From Pseudomonas aeruginosa (lineage in GTDB: Bacteria; Pseudomonadota; Gammaproteobacteria; Pseudomonadales; Pseudomonadaceae): a stretch of 32,000 nt of DNA. The notes under the pieces were generated by a model, which worked only from the letters and a program-made list of their open reading frames with translations, made no database searches and was not told the origin of the DNA. The DNA is taken from contig NZ_LN831024.1 of assembly GCF_001457615.1 (NCBI RefSeq), forward strand, positions 6,270,001 through 6,302,000, given 5' to 3'. The position numbers were made by a program, and so were the translations under genes. Every line of letters begins with the position of its first letter. Within the stretch, counting starts at the first letter, position 1. This document shows, piece after piece, positions 16,592 through 27,834 of this stretch.

Positions 16592-17836
16592 CTAGCGCAG
16601 GGCTTTCACCGCCGCGCCAAGGAAGGCATAGGTCTCCTCCTCGCGATCGTCCATCTCCGGCTTCGGCCAGGCGCTCCAGACCACCGCCACGATCTTCTCC
16701 TTGCGGTTGATGTAGAGGTACTGGCCGAAGATGCCCTGGGCTTCGAAGGCCCCGCCGTCATGCTCGGGCAGGGCCTTGGCGCCCACCGGGAAGGTCCACC
16801 ACTGGTAGCCGTAGCCGAGCGCGTATTCGCCATCGTAGAGCTTGCCCGGGGCCAGGTGGGAAGTAGCCTCGACGCGACTGGCACGATCGACCCAACCTTC
16901 GGGGAGGATACGTTCGCCATCGATCACCCCGTCCTCGAGGACGAACTGGCCGAAGCGGCCATAGTCGCGCAGGGTCGCGCTCAAGCCGCTGCTGCCGATC
17001 TCTTGCCCGGCCGGCGATTCCAGTTGCCAGAAGCCGTCGCTCTCCATGCCCATTCGCGCCCAGATCCGCTCGGACAGGTAGTCGCTCACCGGAATGCGGG
17101 TCGCCGCGTGCAGCAGCTCGCTCTGCAGGTGCGACTCGCCGGTGCTGTAGGTGAAGTGGGTACCGCTCGGGTACTGCCGCGGCAGGCTCGCCAGCAGCCG
17201 CAGGATGCCACCGGGACGTTCGGCGAGCTGGGCGTCGAACATCTGCCGGCGGTCGGACTTCGGATCGCGATAGGTCTCGTTCCAGCGGACCCCGGAACTC
17301 ATCTGCAGGACCTGCTCCACCGTCACCCCCTGGTAGGCGGAGCCGGCCAGGCTCGGCAGGTACTTGTCCACAGGCTGGTCGAGAGCCAGCAGGCCCTGCT
17401 GCACGGCGGCGCCCACCAGGGTCGAGGAGATCGACTTGACCACCGAGAACGAGGTCCAGCGCGTGCGTTCGTCGTTGCCCAGGCCGTAGCGCTCCAGGGC
17501 GACCTTGCCATCCTTGAGGACCAGCACCCCGCCAACGCGGTTGCGCCGCATGAAATCGTCGACGCCGTATTCCTCGCCGCCGATCCGGTAGCGCGGCGCG
17601 ATGGCCACACCCGCCGGCAGCGGACGGACCTTGGTCCCCTTGTGGATAACCCGGGTCGGATAGACCTTGTCCATGTTCCGGTAGGTGTCCGGCTGGTATT
17701 CCGGGATCAGTTCATAGAGATCGGCGGCACGGCCGATCCGCGGGTTTTCCACAGCCGCGTCGGCGCCGGCCGAGCCGCTTGCCGAGACGAACAGTGCCAG
17801 CAGGGCCGGCCGGAAGACTGATATACAGCTACGCAT
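16592..17836 (-). CDS. Serine beta-lactamase-family (class C-like) exported hydrolase; by locus context probably the imipenemase PIB-1
   Basis: 414 aa from ATG 17836 with signal peptide (MRSCISVFRPALLALFVSASGSAGADAA); SxxK motif FSVVKSISSTLVGAAVQQGLL, FTYSTGESHLQS. Confidence 0.8.
   Translation of the reverse strand: MRSCISVFRPALLALFVSASGSAGADAAVENPRIGRAADLYELIPEYQPDTYRNMDKVYPTRVIHKGTKVRPLPAGVAIAPRYRIGGEEYGVDDFMRRNRVGGVLVLKDGKVALERYGLGNDERTRWTSFSVVKSISSTLVGAAVQQGLLALDQPVDKYLPSLAGSAYQGVTVEQVLQMSSGVRWNETYRDPKSDRRQMFDAQLAERPGGILRLLASLPRQYPSGTHFTYSTGESHLQSELLHAATRIPVSDYLSERIWARMGMESDGFWQLESPAGQEIGSSGLSATLRDYGRFGQFVLEDGVIDGERILPEGWVDRASRVEATSHLAPGKLYDGEYALGYGYQWWTFPVGAKALPEHDGGAFEAQGIFGQYLYINRKEKIVAVVWSAWPKPEMDDREEETYAFLGAAVKALR
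17641..17649 (-). other. Exact DnaA-box 9-mer TTATCCACA (inside hydrolase CDS)
   Basis: tgtggataa on the + strand. Confidence 0.55.
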
Positions 17837-17907
17837 GGACGTTTTCCTTATGACCGGAAGCAGCTCCGGCTTCGTCGTTTTTATGGATGTGGACTGGCGT
17901 CTCAGGG

Positions 17908-17916
17908 TTATCCACA
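17908..17916 (+). other. Exact DnaA-box 9-mer TTATCCACA (intergenic)
   Basis: ggTTATCCACAgga just beyond the 3' end of the DUF1850 gene. Confidence 0.6.
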
Positions 17917-17922
17917 GGACGT

Positions 17923-18321
17923 TCAGTCGCTCGGGTCCCGTATCGGACACGCCCAGAGTTCGACCGCCGGGCGCTCACGGTCCGGCGGACCGATCCAGCG
18001 CGCCAGCGCATCGCAGCGCCCCTGACGGCAGATCCGGTAGTCGCCGGCCTCCGGTGTGCGCCCCAGCCGCAACGGTTGCAACGGCGGCACCCCACGGTGG
18101 TAATGCCAGGCGCCGTCACGCAGCACGGCGCCCTCGGGAATCTCCATCCCCGCCCCGCTGCCCCGCACCCGGGCCTCTTCCAGCAGCAGGCCGCGCTCAC
18201 TCAGGCGATAGTCTTCTTCCCAGAGCACCTTCTCGACCGTGTGTTGCCAGGCCAGGGTGAACGACTGCAGCGGCAGCGTCGCCCAGACGCTGCCGGCCAT
18301 GCCCAGACACAGCGCGATCAC
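17923..18321 (-). CDS. DUF1850 protein associated with TAXI-TRAP transporter
   Basis: 132 aa from GTG 18321, 4-nt GTGA overlap with the upstream TRAP permease; FTLAWQHTVEKVLWEEDYRLSERGLLLEEARVRGSGAGMEIPEGAVLRDGAWHY. Confidence 0.85.
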   Translation of the reverse strand: MIALCLGMAGSVWATLPLQSFTLAWQHTVEKVLWEEDYRLSERGLLLEEARVRGSGAGMEIPEGAVLRDGAWHYHRGVPPLQPLRLGRTPEAGDYRICRQGRCDALARWIGPPDRERPAVELWACPIRDPSD

Positions 18322-20342
18322 GCCACCGCCTCGCGCGCACGCTGGCGCCAGAGGTGCCAGCCGATCACCAGCGCGCCGAGGACGAAGCCCAGCTCGTCGC
18401 TGATCGGCAAGGCCAGGACCAGGCTGGCCCCGGCGGCGAACGCCACCAGGCGCTCCCACCAGGCCAGCGGCCCCTGCAGGTAGCCGATGGAAGCCATGCC
18501 CCACAGGCCGATGGCCAGCACCGCCTTGCAGGTGACATAGAGCGTCGCCCCCCAACCGCCTTCCTGCAGCATCAGCGCCGGGGAATACACCGCCATGAAC
18601 GGCACCACGAAACCCGCCAGGGCGATGCGCACCGCCCAGAAGCTGATTTTCAATCCCCTTTCCTTGGCGATCGGCGCGGCCGCGAAACAGGCCAGCGCCA
18701 CCGGAGGGGTGAGGTCGGCGAGGATGCCGAAGTAGAAGACGAACATGTGCGAGACGATCAGCGGCACCCCCAGTTCCAGCAGCGCCGGCGCGGCGATGGA
18801 GCTGGTGATGATGTAGTTGGGGATGGTCGGGATGCCCATTCCCAGGACCAGGCAGGTGACCATGGTCAGGACCAGCGACAGCAGCAGGTTCTCCCGTCCC
18901 AGGTCGAGCACGTAGCTGGCGAAGGTGGTGGCGATGCCGGTCAGCGAAATCACCCCGATGATGACTCCCACCAGGGTGCAGGCGATGCCCACCGGGATCG
19001 CATGTCGCGCACCTTCGGCGAGGGCGCGGACGCAGATGCGCAGGGTTTCCCGGCCGCCACGGACGAACCAGCAGGCCAGGGCCAGGGCCGCGATCACGAC
19101 GAAGATCACCCCGATGCCGAGGCGGAAGAACCCCGCGCAGAGCAGCCCCAGCGCCACCCAGAAGGCGATGCGCAGGCCGAGCGAGGACACCCGCAGGATG
19201 ATCGCCGAACCGAGGATGACGATGGCGGTCAGCGCCAGGCCGATGGTTCCGGAGAACAGCGGCGTGCGCCCGGAGAACAGCAGCGCGATCAGCACCAGCA
19301 ACGGAATCAGCAGGAACCAGCGCTCGCGGACGGCACCCCAGGCGCTCGGACACTGATCGCGCGGCAGGCCCTTTAGATCGGCCCGGCGGGCCTCGAGGTG
19401 GACCATCCAGTACACCGAGCCGAAATACAGCAGGGCCGGGATCAGCGCCGCCTTGGCGATCTCCACGTAGGGGACGTTGATGGTCTCGGCCATAATGAAC
19501 GCCACCGCCCCCATCACCGGCGGCATCAGTTGGCTGCCCATGCTCGCGGTCGCCTCGACGCCGCCGGCGAACGCCGGCTTGTAGCCGAAACGCTTCATCA
19601 GCGGGATGGTGAACTGTCCGGTGGTGACCACGTTGGCCACGCCGGAGCCGGTGATGGTGCCCATCAGCGCCGAGGAGAATACCGAGACCTTGGCCGGCCC
19701 GCCGACCCGGTGACCGAACAGGCCCATGGCGAAATCGGTGAACAGGCGGATCATGCCGGCCTGCTCGAGGAAGGCGCCGAACAGGATGAACAGATAGATG
19801 TAGGTGGCCGATACGTAGGTCGGCGTGCCGTAGAGACCTTCGGTACCGAACGACAGCTGGTTGACGATCTGGTCGAAGCCGTAGCCGCGGTGGGCCAGGT
19901 CGCCCGGCAGGTGTTCGCCGAACAGGCCATAGGCAAGAAACAGCGCGCAGATGATCGGCAAGGCGATGCCCATCACCCGTCGCGCCGCCTCGAAGACCAG
20001 GACGATCAGCACCACGCCGACGACCATGTCGGCCTGGGTCAGCTCTCCGGAGCGCTGGATCAGGTCGCCCTCGAAAACCCACTGGTAGACCGCCGTGCCC
20101 AGGCCGGCCATGCCCAGCAACCAGGCCAGCGGCTGCCAGGGGCGACCTATGCCGAAGGCGGGATAGCTGATGTACACCACCAGCAACAGCAGTCCGACGT
20201 GCATTGCCCGCAGGACCTGGGTGGAAATCAGGGGAAAGGCCGCGGTGACGACCTGGAACACGGAAAAGGCCAGGGCCACGGCGAACAACGCGCGCGGCCA
20301 GTTTTCCGCCTCAAGATGCAGCCCGTTCTGATGATCGCTCAT
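18318..20342 (-). CDS. TRAP transporter fused permease (4TM/12TM), TAXI type
   Basis: 674 aa from ATG 20342; FLLFGAFLEQAGMIRLFTDFAMGLFGHRVGGPAKVSVFSSALMGTITGSGVANVVTTGQFTIPLMKR. Confidence 0.93.
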   Translation of the reverse strand: MSDHQNGLHLEAENWPRALFAVALAFSVFQVVTAAFPLISTQVLRAMHVGLLLLVVYISYPAFGIGRPWQPLAWLLGMAGLGTAVYQWVFEGDLIQRSGELTQADMVVGVVLIVLVFEAARRVMGIALPIICALFLAYGLFGEHLPGDLAHRGYGFDQIVNQLSFGTEGLYGTPTYVSATYIYLFILFGAFLEQAGMIRLFTDFAMGLFGHRVGGPAKVSVFSSALMGTITGSGVANVVTTGQFTIPLMKRFGYKPAFAGGVEATASMGSQLMPPVMGAVAFIMAETINVPYVEIAKAALIPALLYFGSVYWMVHLEARRADLKGLPRDQCPSAWGAVRERWFLLIPLLVLIALLFSGRTPLFSGTIGLALTAIVILGSAIILRVSSLGLRIAFWVALGLLCAGFFRLGIGVIFVVIAALALACWFVRGGRETLRICVRALAEGARHAIPVGIACTLVGVIIGVISLTGIATTFASYVLDLGRENLLLSLVLTMVTCLVLGMGIPTIPNYIITSSIAAPALLELGVPLIVSHMFVFYFGILADLTPPVALACFAAAPIAKERGLKISFWAVRIALAGFVVPFMAVYSPALMLQEGGWGATLYVTCKAVLAIGLWGMASIGYLQGPLAWWERLVAFAAGASLVLALPISDELGFVLGALVIGWHLWRQRAREAVA

Positions 20343-20416
20343 GCATCGACTCCCTACAGCCGGAAACGCGGGGAACCCGGTCCGCCGCACGGACCGGGGC
20401 TACGGAGAAACGGGCC

Positions 20417-21376
20417 TCACTCGGGCAGTACGCCCTTCTCCTTGTAGAAGCGCTCGGCGCCGGGATGCAGCGGAATCGGCAGGTTCTTCGCCGCCTTGTC
20501 CAGGGCGATGTCCTTGGCGGCAGCATGGGCGGTGACCAGGCGCGGCAGGTTGTCGAACATCAGCTTGGTCATCTGGTAGGCCAGCTCGTCGCTGACCCCG
20601 GAGTGGCTGACCAGGATATTGTCGATCGCCACCGTCGGCACGTCCTGCTCCTGGCCATCGTAGGTGCCGGCGGGAATGCTCGCGGCGTGGTAGGCCGGGC
20701 TGTCGATCTTCGCCACCACGTCCGCCGGGATCGCGACGAAGGTGATCGGCATGGTCGAGGCCAGGTCGCGGATGGCCGCCATGCCCAGGCCGGAGGATTG
20801 CAGCGTAGCGTCGAGCTGGCGGTTCTTGATCAGCTCCACCGACTCGGCGTAGGGCAGGTACTCCACCTTGCCCATGTCCTCGTAGCTCAGGCCGGCGGCC
20901 TTGAAGATCGCCCGGGCGTTCAGCTCGGTACCGCTCTTGGGCGCGCCCACCGAAATGCGCTTGCCTTTCAGGTCGGCCAGGGTCTTGATGCCCGAGGCTT
21001 GGCTGGCCACTACCTGGATATAGTTCGGATAGGTATTGCCGATAGCCCGCAGCTTCTTCAACGGCGCCTTGAAGCCGGCGTCGGCGACCCCGTTCCAGGC
21101 GTCGGCGACCGAGTCGCCCAGCGCCAGCGCCAGTTCTCCACGCCCGGCCTGCAACAGGTTGAGGTTCTCGACCGAAGCCTTGGTGGCCTGCACCGAGGTT
21201 TTCGCGCCCTGGATATCGTGCCCGTAGATCTGCGAGAGGCCGACCCCTATGGGGTAATAGACCCCGCTGGTGCCGCCGGTGAGGATATTGATGAAGGTCG
21301 GCGCGGCAAAGACCGCGGTACTGAAGGTCACCGTTGCGGCAAGCGTGAAAAGACCGAAGCGTCTGCTCAGCGACAT
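20417..21376 (-). CDS. TAXI-family TRAP solute-binding protein
   Basis: 319 aa; signal peptide then INILTGGTSGVYYPIGVGLSQIYG...KRISVGAPKSGTELNARAIF. Confidence 0.93.
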   Translation of the reverse strand: MSLSRRFGLFTLAATVTFSTAVFAAPTFINILTGGTSGVYYPIGVGLSQIYGHDIQGAKTSVQATKASVENLNLLQAGRGELALALGDSVADAWNGVADAGFKAPLKKLRAIGNTYPNYIQVVASQASGIKTLADLKGKRISVGAPKSGTELNARAIFKAAGLSYEDMGKVEYLPYAESVELIKNRQLDATLQSSGLGMAAIRDLASTMPITFVAIPADVVAKIDSPAYHAASIPAGTYDGQEQDVPTVAIDNILVSHSGVSDELAYQMTKLMFDNLPRLVTAHAAAKDIALDKAAKNLPIPLHPGAERFYKEKGVLPE

Positions 21377-21539
21377 GGGAAGTCTCCTGTTCTTATCGTT
21401 GTTGTCGCGCTGTCGCGGAAGCGTCCCGGCTTCCTTCGACCGCGCAGGACTTCGTGCAGACTAGACCGCCCCGCCACGCAGGACAATCAGCAAGGACCGA
21501 TTGCGCGACCGGCTCCGCAAGGGAGCCGGTCGCCGGCGT

Positions 21540-22724
21540 TCAGGCGTACAGGTCGCGCCGCGACCAGGGCAGCTCGTGGGAGCCATCCTCGTGGGGGCGA
21601 ATGGCGAGGATCTGGTGCAGGTTGATCCAGCCGCGCTTGAAGCCGTAGGCGCATCCGGCCAGGTACAGCCGCCAGATCCGCAGGGTTTCCTCGGGCACCA
21701 GGCGAGCCGCCTCCTTCAGCCTGGCTTCCAGGTTGGCGCTCCAGAAATCCAGGGTCCGGGCGTAGTGCAGACGCAGGCTTTCCACGTCGACTACTTCCAG
21801 CCCGGCTTCGCTCATCCGCGCCACCGCCAGCGACAGGTGCGGCAGCTCGCCGTGGGGAAACACGTAGCGATCGATGAAGTCGCCGGCCCCCTTGCCAACC
21901 GGGCGGCCGTCGGTGTAGCGCGAGGTGATGCCGTGGTTCATCACCAGGCCGCCGGGACGCACCGCATCGTACAGTTGCTGGAAGTACAGCCCCAGGTTGG
22001 CGTGCCCGACGTGCTCGAACATGCCGACGCTGACCACCTTGTCGAAGCGGCCATCGCGCGGCAGGTCGCGGTAATCCAGCAGCTTGAGGGTGACTCGGTC
22101 CTCCAGGCCTTCGGCCTTGACTCGCTCCCGGCCGAGCGCCAGCTGCTCCTTGCTCAATGTGATGCCGGTGACCTCGACGCCGAACTCGCGAGCGGCCAGG
22201 CGCGCCAGCCCCCCCCAACCGCAACCGACATCGAGCAGCTTCTCGCCCGGCTGCAAACGCAGCTTGCGGCACAGGTGACGGAGCTTGGCCAGTTGCGCGG
22301 TGGCGAGGTCTTCCTTGCCGGTCTCGAAATAAGCGCAGGAATAGACCATTTCCGGATCCAGCCAGAGCTGGTAGAAGTCGTTGGACAGGTCGTAGTGGTA
22401 ATGGATGGCTTCGGCGTCGGTGTCCTTGTCATGGCTTTCGCGAACCGGCGGCGCGCCGCCATCGGGTTCGCCGAGCGCTTCGCTGAGGGCATCGCCGATA
22501 CCGATGACCTGGCTGATCGGTCCTTCGATGTCGAGACGCTTCTCGACGTAGGCCTTGCCCAGCGCATCGAGGCTGGGATGGGTGATCTCGGTTAGCAGCG
22601 AGGGGTCGCGAATGACCATGGTTACCTGTGGATCCGGCCCCAGATCGAACGCCTGAGCATCGCCGATGCGGATCCGCAACGGCAGTTGCAGGGACAGCAA
22701 CTCAGAGGGGAGCTGTGCAATCAT
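21540..22724 (-). CDS. cfa: Cyclopropane-fatty-acyl-phospholipid synthase
   Basis: 394 aa from ATG 22724, preceded on the minus strand by AGGAGG; HYHYDLSNDFYQLWLDPEMVYSCAYF, KLLDVGCGWGGLARLAAREFGVEVTGITLS. Confidence 0.93.
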   Translation of the reverse strand: MIAQLPSELLSLQLPLRIRIGDAQAFDLGPDPQVTMVIRDPSLLTEITHPSLDALGKAYVEKRLDIEGPISQVIGIGDALSEALGEPDGGAPPVRESHDKDTDAEAIHYHYDLSNDFYQLWLDPEMVYSCAYFETGKEDLATAQLAKLRHLCRKLRLQPGEKLLDVGCGWGGLARLAAREFGVEVTGITLSKEQLALGRERVKAEGLEDRVTLKLLDYRDLPRDGRFDKVVSVGMFEHVGHANLGLYFQQLYDAVRPGGLVMNHGITSRYTDGRPVGKGAGDFIDRYVFPHGELPHLSLAVARMSEAGLEVVDVESLRLHYARTLDFWSANLEARLKEAARLVPEETLRIWRLYLAGCAYGFKRGWINLHQILAIRPHEDGSHELPWSRRDLYA

Positions 22725-22753
22725 GCCAAACCTCCTGGTCACAAGACGGGAAC

Positions 22754-22760
22754 ACTATAG
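22754..22760 (-). promoter_or_regulatory. Possible sigmaS-type -10 element for cfa
   Basis: Minus strand ggaCTATAGTgtt resembles the extended -10 CTATACT; short leader to ATG 22724. Confidence 0.35.
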
Positions 22761-22955
22761 TCCAGTACCTGATAGAGTTTTGCTATCGACTACTTAGCCT
22801 CCTATCTATCGATGCAAAACCCCTGAGCACTCCGATTCAGGTTAGCAGCCAGTCTGCCCATGAATAGTTGACAGTTCTGATATACAAACTTTCCCTTGCT
22901 GCAATAACGGAATGACGCATACACCCTGTCAAAGGAAGCGGAAGCGACATAAGGA

Positions 22956-23585
22956 ATGCCGATGAACGAGACCGTATCCCTCGAAACACGCGAAGTACGC
23001 TTTCTCTCCGTGTTCGACTTCGACGGTACCCTGACATACCGAGACAGCTTCGTGCCCTTCCTGCGTTTCGCCTTCGGCAACCGGGTGTTCGTCCGCCGCA
23101 TGCTGCGCATGGCAGGACCCAGCCTGGCCTATCTCTGCCGGCGTATCGACCGCGACGACCTGAAGGCGCGCCTGATCGCCACCTTCCTCACCGATGTGCC
23201 CGTACATGTGCTGGAAGAGCGGGCGCTGGCCTACCAGAATCGCTTCTGGGAAACACTGATGCGTCCCCACGCATTGACCGCGGTGGCCGACCAGGTCAGC
23301 AGCGGCAGCACCGTGACCATCTGTTCCGCCTCCCCTTCGCTGCTACTCAGGCCGTTCGCCGAGAAGCTCGGCGTGCACCTGATCGCCACCGAGCTGGAAG
23401 TGGTAGACGGCGTACTGACCGGCAGGATCGTCGGCCGCAACTGCCGGCGCGACGAGAAAGTCTGCCGCCTGGAGCGGCACTACGGTCCGCTGACCCAATA
23501 CTCCCTGCGCGCCTGGGGCGACTCGCGCGGCGATACGGAACTGCTGGCGGCGGCGCTGGAGCGCTTCTGGAAACCGTTCCGCTGA
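22956..23585 (+). CDS. HAD-superfamily phosphatase (PSPase/SerB-like HAD-IB)
   Basis: LSVFDFDGTLTYRDSFVPFLRF, TVTICSASPSLLLRPFAEKLG, GDSRGDTELLAAA; the start could also be ATG 22962, which has a better placed RBS. Confidence 0.88.
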   Translation: MPMNETVSLETREVRFLSVFDFDGTLTYRDSFVPFLRFAFGNRVFVRRMLRMAGPSLAYLCRRIDRDDLKARLIATFLTDVPVHVLEERALAYQNRFWETLMRPHALTAVADQVSSGSTVTICSASPSLLLRPFAEKLGVHLIATELEVVDGVLTGRIVGRNCRRDEKVCRLERHYGPLTQYSLRAWGDSRGDTELLAAALERFWKPFR

Positions 23586-23944
23586 CCTGTTGCCGGGTAT
23601 GGTCTGGTCCGAGTATCAATCCAAAGTGGGAACCAAACCGGGGCGAATGTCGCGATATCCGGCAGGAGAGCAGAATTCGGCTAACGTTCCGATAGGGTAG
23701 TTTCTCCTGCGCTCCCAAGCCCGGGCGGTTCCGCTTGCGGCGATACTCCGAAGCCTTCTTCGATGAAATCGTGCACTGGCGCCCGGAATCTCGCTTCGTT
23801 CCCTTCTTTTCTCCCCGCCGTTCCCGCACCAGCCACACAACCATCCCTTCCATAGCCCGAGCGGTTCATCCCTGGCCCTGGCGCCGGCTCCGCGAGCCGG
23901 CGCCCCCTTGGCGTTCGTCCGCTCATTCAGCCAAAGAGAACATC

Positions 23945-25150
23945 ATGAACCAGAAAATTTCCCCGCCTCCACAGAAGCTCGACGGCCTGTTCCTGCTGGC
24001 CCTGTCGATGGCCGTGTTCTTCGTCGGCGTGACCGAGTTCATGCTGTCCTCCATGCTCGGGCCGCTGGCGCAGGCGTTCCACACCACTACCAGCGGCGCC
24101 GCCTGGCTGATCTCCAGCTACGCGTTCTCCTATGCGATCGCCGCGCCGTTGCTGGGCTACTTCTCCGACCGCATGCAACGCAGGAAGCTGCTGCTGCTCG
24201 CCCTGATCCTCTTCGCCGTCGATACCCTGGCCATCGTCATCGCCCCGACCCTGGAAATTGCCGTTGTCCTGCGGGTAATCGGGGGCATCGCCTCGGCAAT
24301 CATCATTCCGACCACCTTCGCCCTGGTCGCGGAGGTGGTCGCCCCGCAAAGACAGGCCGGTGCCATGGGCCAGGTGATGCTCGGCATGACCCTCGGCATT
24401 GCCGCCGGCCCGGCACTGGCCGGCCTCCTCTCGGACTTCTTCGGCTGGGCGACGCCCTTCCTGATGGTCTCGTGCGGTTGCGTGCTGGTCTTCCTGATGG
24501 CGCGCCAGCGCCTTCCCGTGCAAGCCGTGGCACCGCGCGCCGAGGGCCACGCGCTGGGCTGGTGCAGGCAATGGAGCATCCTCAGGCCACTGATCGCCAA
24601 GGGGGCCTGGAACGGCACCGGGGTCGCCGGCCTGCTTCTCTCGGGAGAGGTGCTGCGCCAGCGCTACGGCTTCAGCACCGCGCAGATAGGCGTCAGCATC
24701 GCCGCCTTCGGCGTGGGCCTGGCCGTGGGCAACCTCGCCGCGGGTTACCTGCGGCGCTACCTGAAGCGCGACGAAGACATGCTCCTGCTGGTGCTGGCGC
24801 TCCTGGTGCTATCGATGTCGACCTTCATGCTCCTGCCGCTACCGTTGCCCGTGGCGCTCTTCTGCCTGGGCGCCTGGGGCACCGCGCTGGGCCTGGGCGC
24901 GCCGGCGGGCACGGTGGTACTCGCCTCGCGCTCCGGGCCGGACAAGGGCATGGTGCTGTCGTTCGCCGAGACGTTCAACAACATCGCCATTCTCGCCAGC
25001 GTGCCCCTGGCTGTGCGACTGCTGGAGCTGAAGGGGCCGCCCGCCACCCTGTGGGTATTGGGCATCGGCCTGGGCATCGGCGCCTGGTTCACCGTGCTGG
25101 ACTGGTTCGCCAGCCGCAGGAGCGACGAAGCGCTGCCGTTGCGCGATTGA
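23945..25150 (+). CDS. MFS transporter (drug:H+ antiporter-like, 12 TM)
   Basis: 401 aa from ATG 23945; FFVGVTEFMLSSMLGPLAQAF...GYFSDRMQRRKLLLLALILFAVDTLAIV. Confidence 0.9.
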   Translation: MNQKISPPPQKLDGLFLLALSMAVFFVGVTEFMLSSMLGPLAQAFHTTTSGAAWLISSYAFSYAIAAPLLGYFSDRMQRRKLLLLALILFAVDTLAIVIAPTLEIAVVLRVIGGIASAIIIPTTFALVAEVVAPQRQAGAMGQVMLGMTLGIAAGPALAGLLSDFFGWATPFLMVSCGCVLVFLMARQRLPVQAVAPRAEGHALGWCRQWSILRPLIAKGAWNGTGVAGLLLSGEVLRQRYGFSTAQIGVSIAAFGVGLAVGNLAAGYLRRYLKRDEDMLLLVLALLVLSMSTFMLLPLPLPVALFCLGAWGTALGLGAPAGTVVLASRSGPDKGMVLSFAETFNNIAILASVPLAVRLLELKGPPATLWVLGIGLGIGAWFTVLDWFASRRSDEALPLRD

Positions 25151-25204
25151 CGGCGAGCGCCGGGGCCGCATGCCTGCCCCGGCTTCTCGGGCACGCGGCC
25201 GGCG
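25151..25204. other. attTn7 insertion region downstream of glmS, apparently unoccupied
   Basis: Spacer between glmS and the convergent MFS gene; no transposon ends, target duplication or cargo. The site identity rests on established Tn7 biology. Confidence 0.75.
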
Positions 25205-27040
<1,836 letters not shown>

Positions 27041-27055
27041 GGGGTCTTTCTCCTT

Positions 27056-27829
27056 TCAGGCCTCGACCGGGGTGCAGATCAGCGTGACGCCCCGGGCGGT
27101 TATCTGTTCGCGCGCGGAAGGTTCCAGGCGCTCGTCGGTAATCAGGGTATGGATGCTGCTCCAGGGCAATTCCTGGTTGGGAATGCGCCGACCGACCTTG
27201 TCGGCCTCGGCCATGACGATCACCTCGCGGGCGACCTCGGCCATCACCCGGCTCAGGCCCAGCAATTCGTTGAACGTGGTCGTCCCGCGTTCGAGATCGA
27301 TGCCGTCGGCACCGATGAATAGTTGGTCGAAGTCATAGGAACGCAGCACCTGCTCGGCAACCTGCCCCTGGAACGACTCGGAATGCGGATCCCAGGTCCC
27401 CCCGGTCATCAGCAGCACCGGCTCGTGCTCCAGTTCGCGCAGGGCGTTGACCACGTTCAGCGAGTTGGTCATCACCACCAGGCCCGGCTTGTGCCCGAGT
27501 TCGGGGATCATCGCCGCGGTGGTGCTGCCACTGTCGATGATGATCCGCGCATGCTCGCGGATGCGCGCCGCGGCGGCGCGACCGATAGCCTGCTTGTAGG
27601 GCGAGACGGGCTGCGCAGCTTCACCGATCAGTTCCTGCGGCATCGGCACCGCACCGCCGTAGCGACGCAACAGCAGGCCGTGGCTTTCCATGGCGGCGAG
27701 GTCCTTGCGGATGGTCACTTCCGAGGTGGAAAAGCGCTTGGCGAGTGCGTCCACGCTGACCTCGCCCTGCTCGGAAAGCAGCGCGAGGATGGCATGGCGA
27801 CGTTGCGGCGTATTACGTTTCGAGATCAC
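27056..27829 (-). CDS. glmR: DeoR-family regulator of glmS
   Basis: 257 aa; N-terminal RRHAILALLSEQGEVSVDALAKRFSTSEVTIRKDLAAMESHGLLLRRYGGA; directly upstream of glmS. Confidence 0.92.
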   Translation of the reverse strand: MISKRNTPQRRHAILALLSEQGEVSVDALAKRFSTSEVTIRKDLAAMESHGLLLRRYGGAVPMPQELIGEAAQPVSPYKQAIGRAAAARIREHARIIIDSGSTTAAMIPELGHKPGLVVMTNSLNVVNALRELEHEPVLLMTGGTWDPHSESFQGQVAEQVLRSYDFDQLFIGADGIDLERGTTTFNELLGLSRVMAEVAREVIVMAEADKVGRRIPNQELPWSSIHTLITDERLEPSAREQITARGVTLICTPVEA

Positions 27830-27834
27830 TTAAG

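Noticed and set aside
18354-20447. Open frames 18354..19376 and 19398..20447 on the + strand
   Set aside because: Shadows of the TRAP permease; low-complexity antisense composition.
23586-23944. 359-bp intergenic region before the MFS gene, considered for an unannotated gene or sRNA
   Set aside because: No convincing ORF, terminator hairpin or recognisable motif; the small ORFs there overlap each other in all frames.
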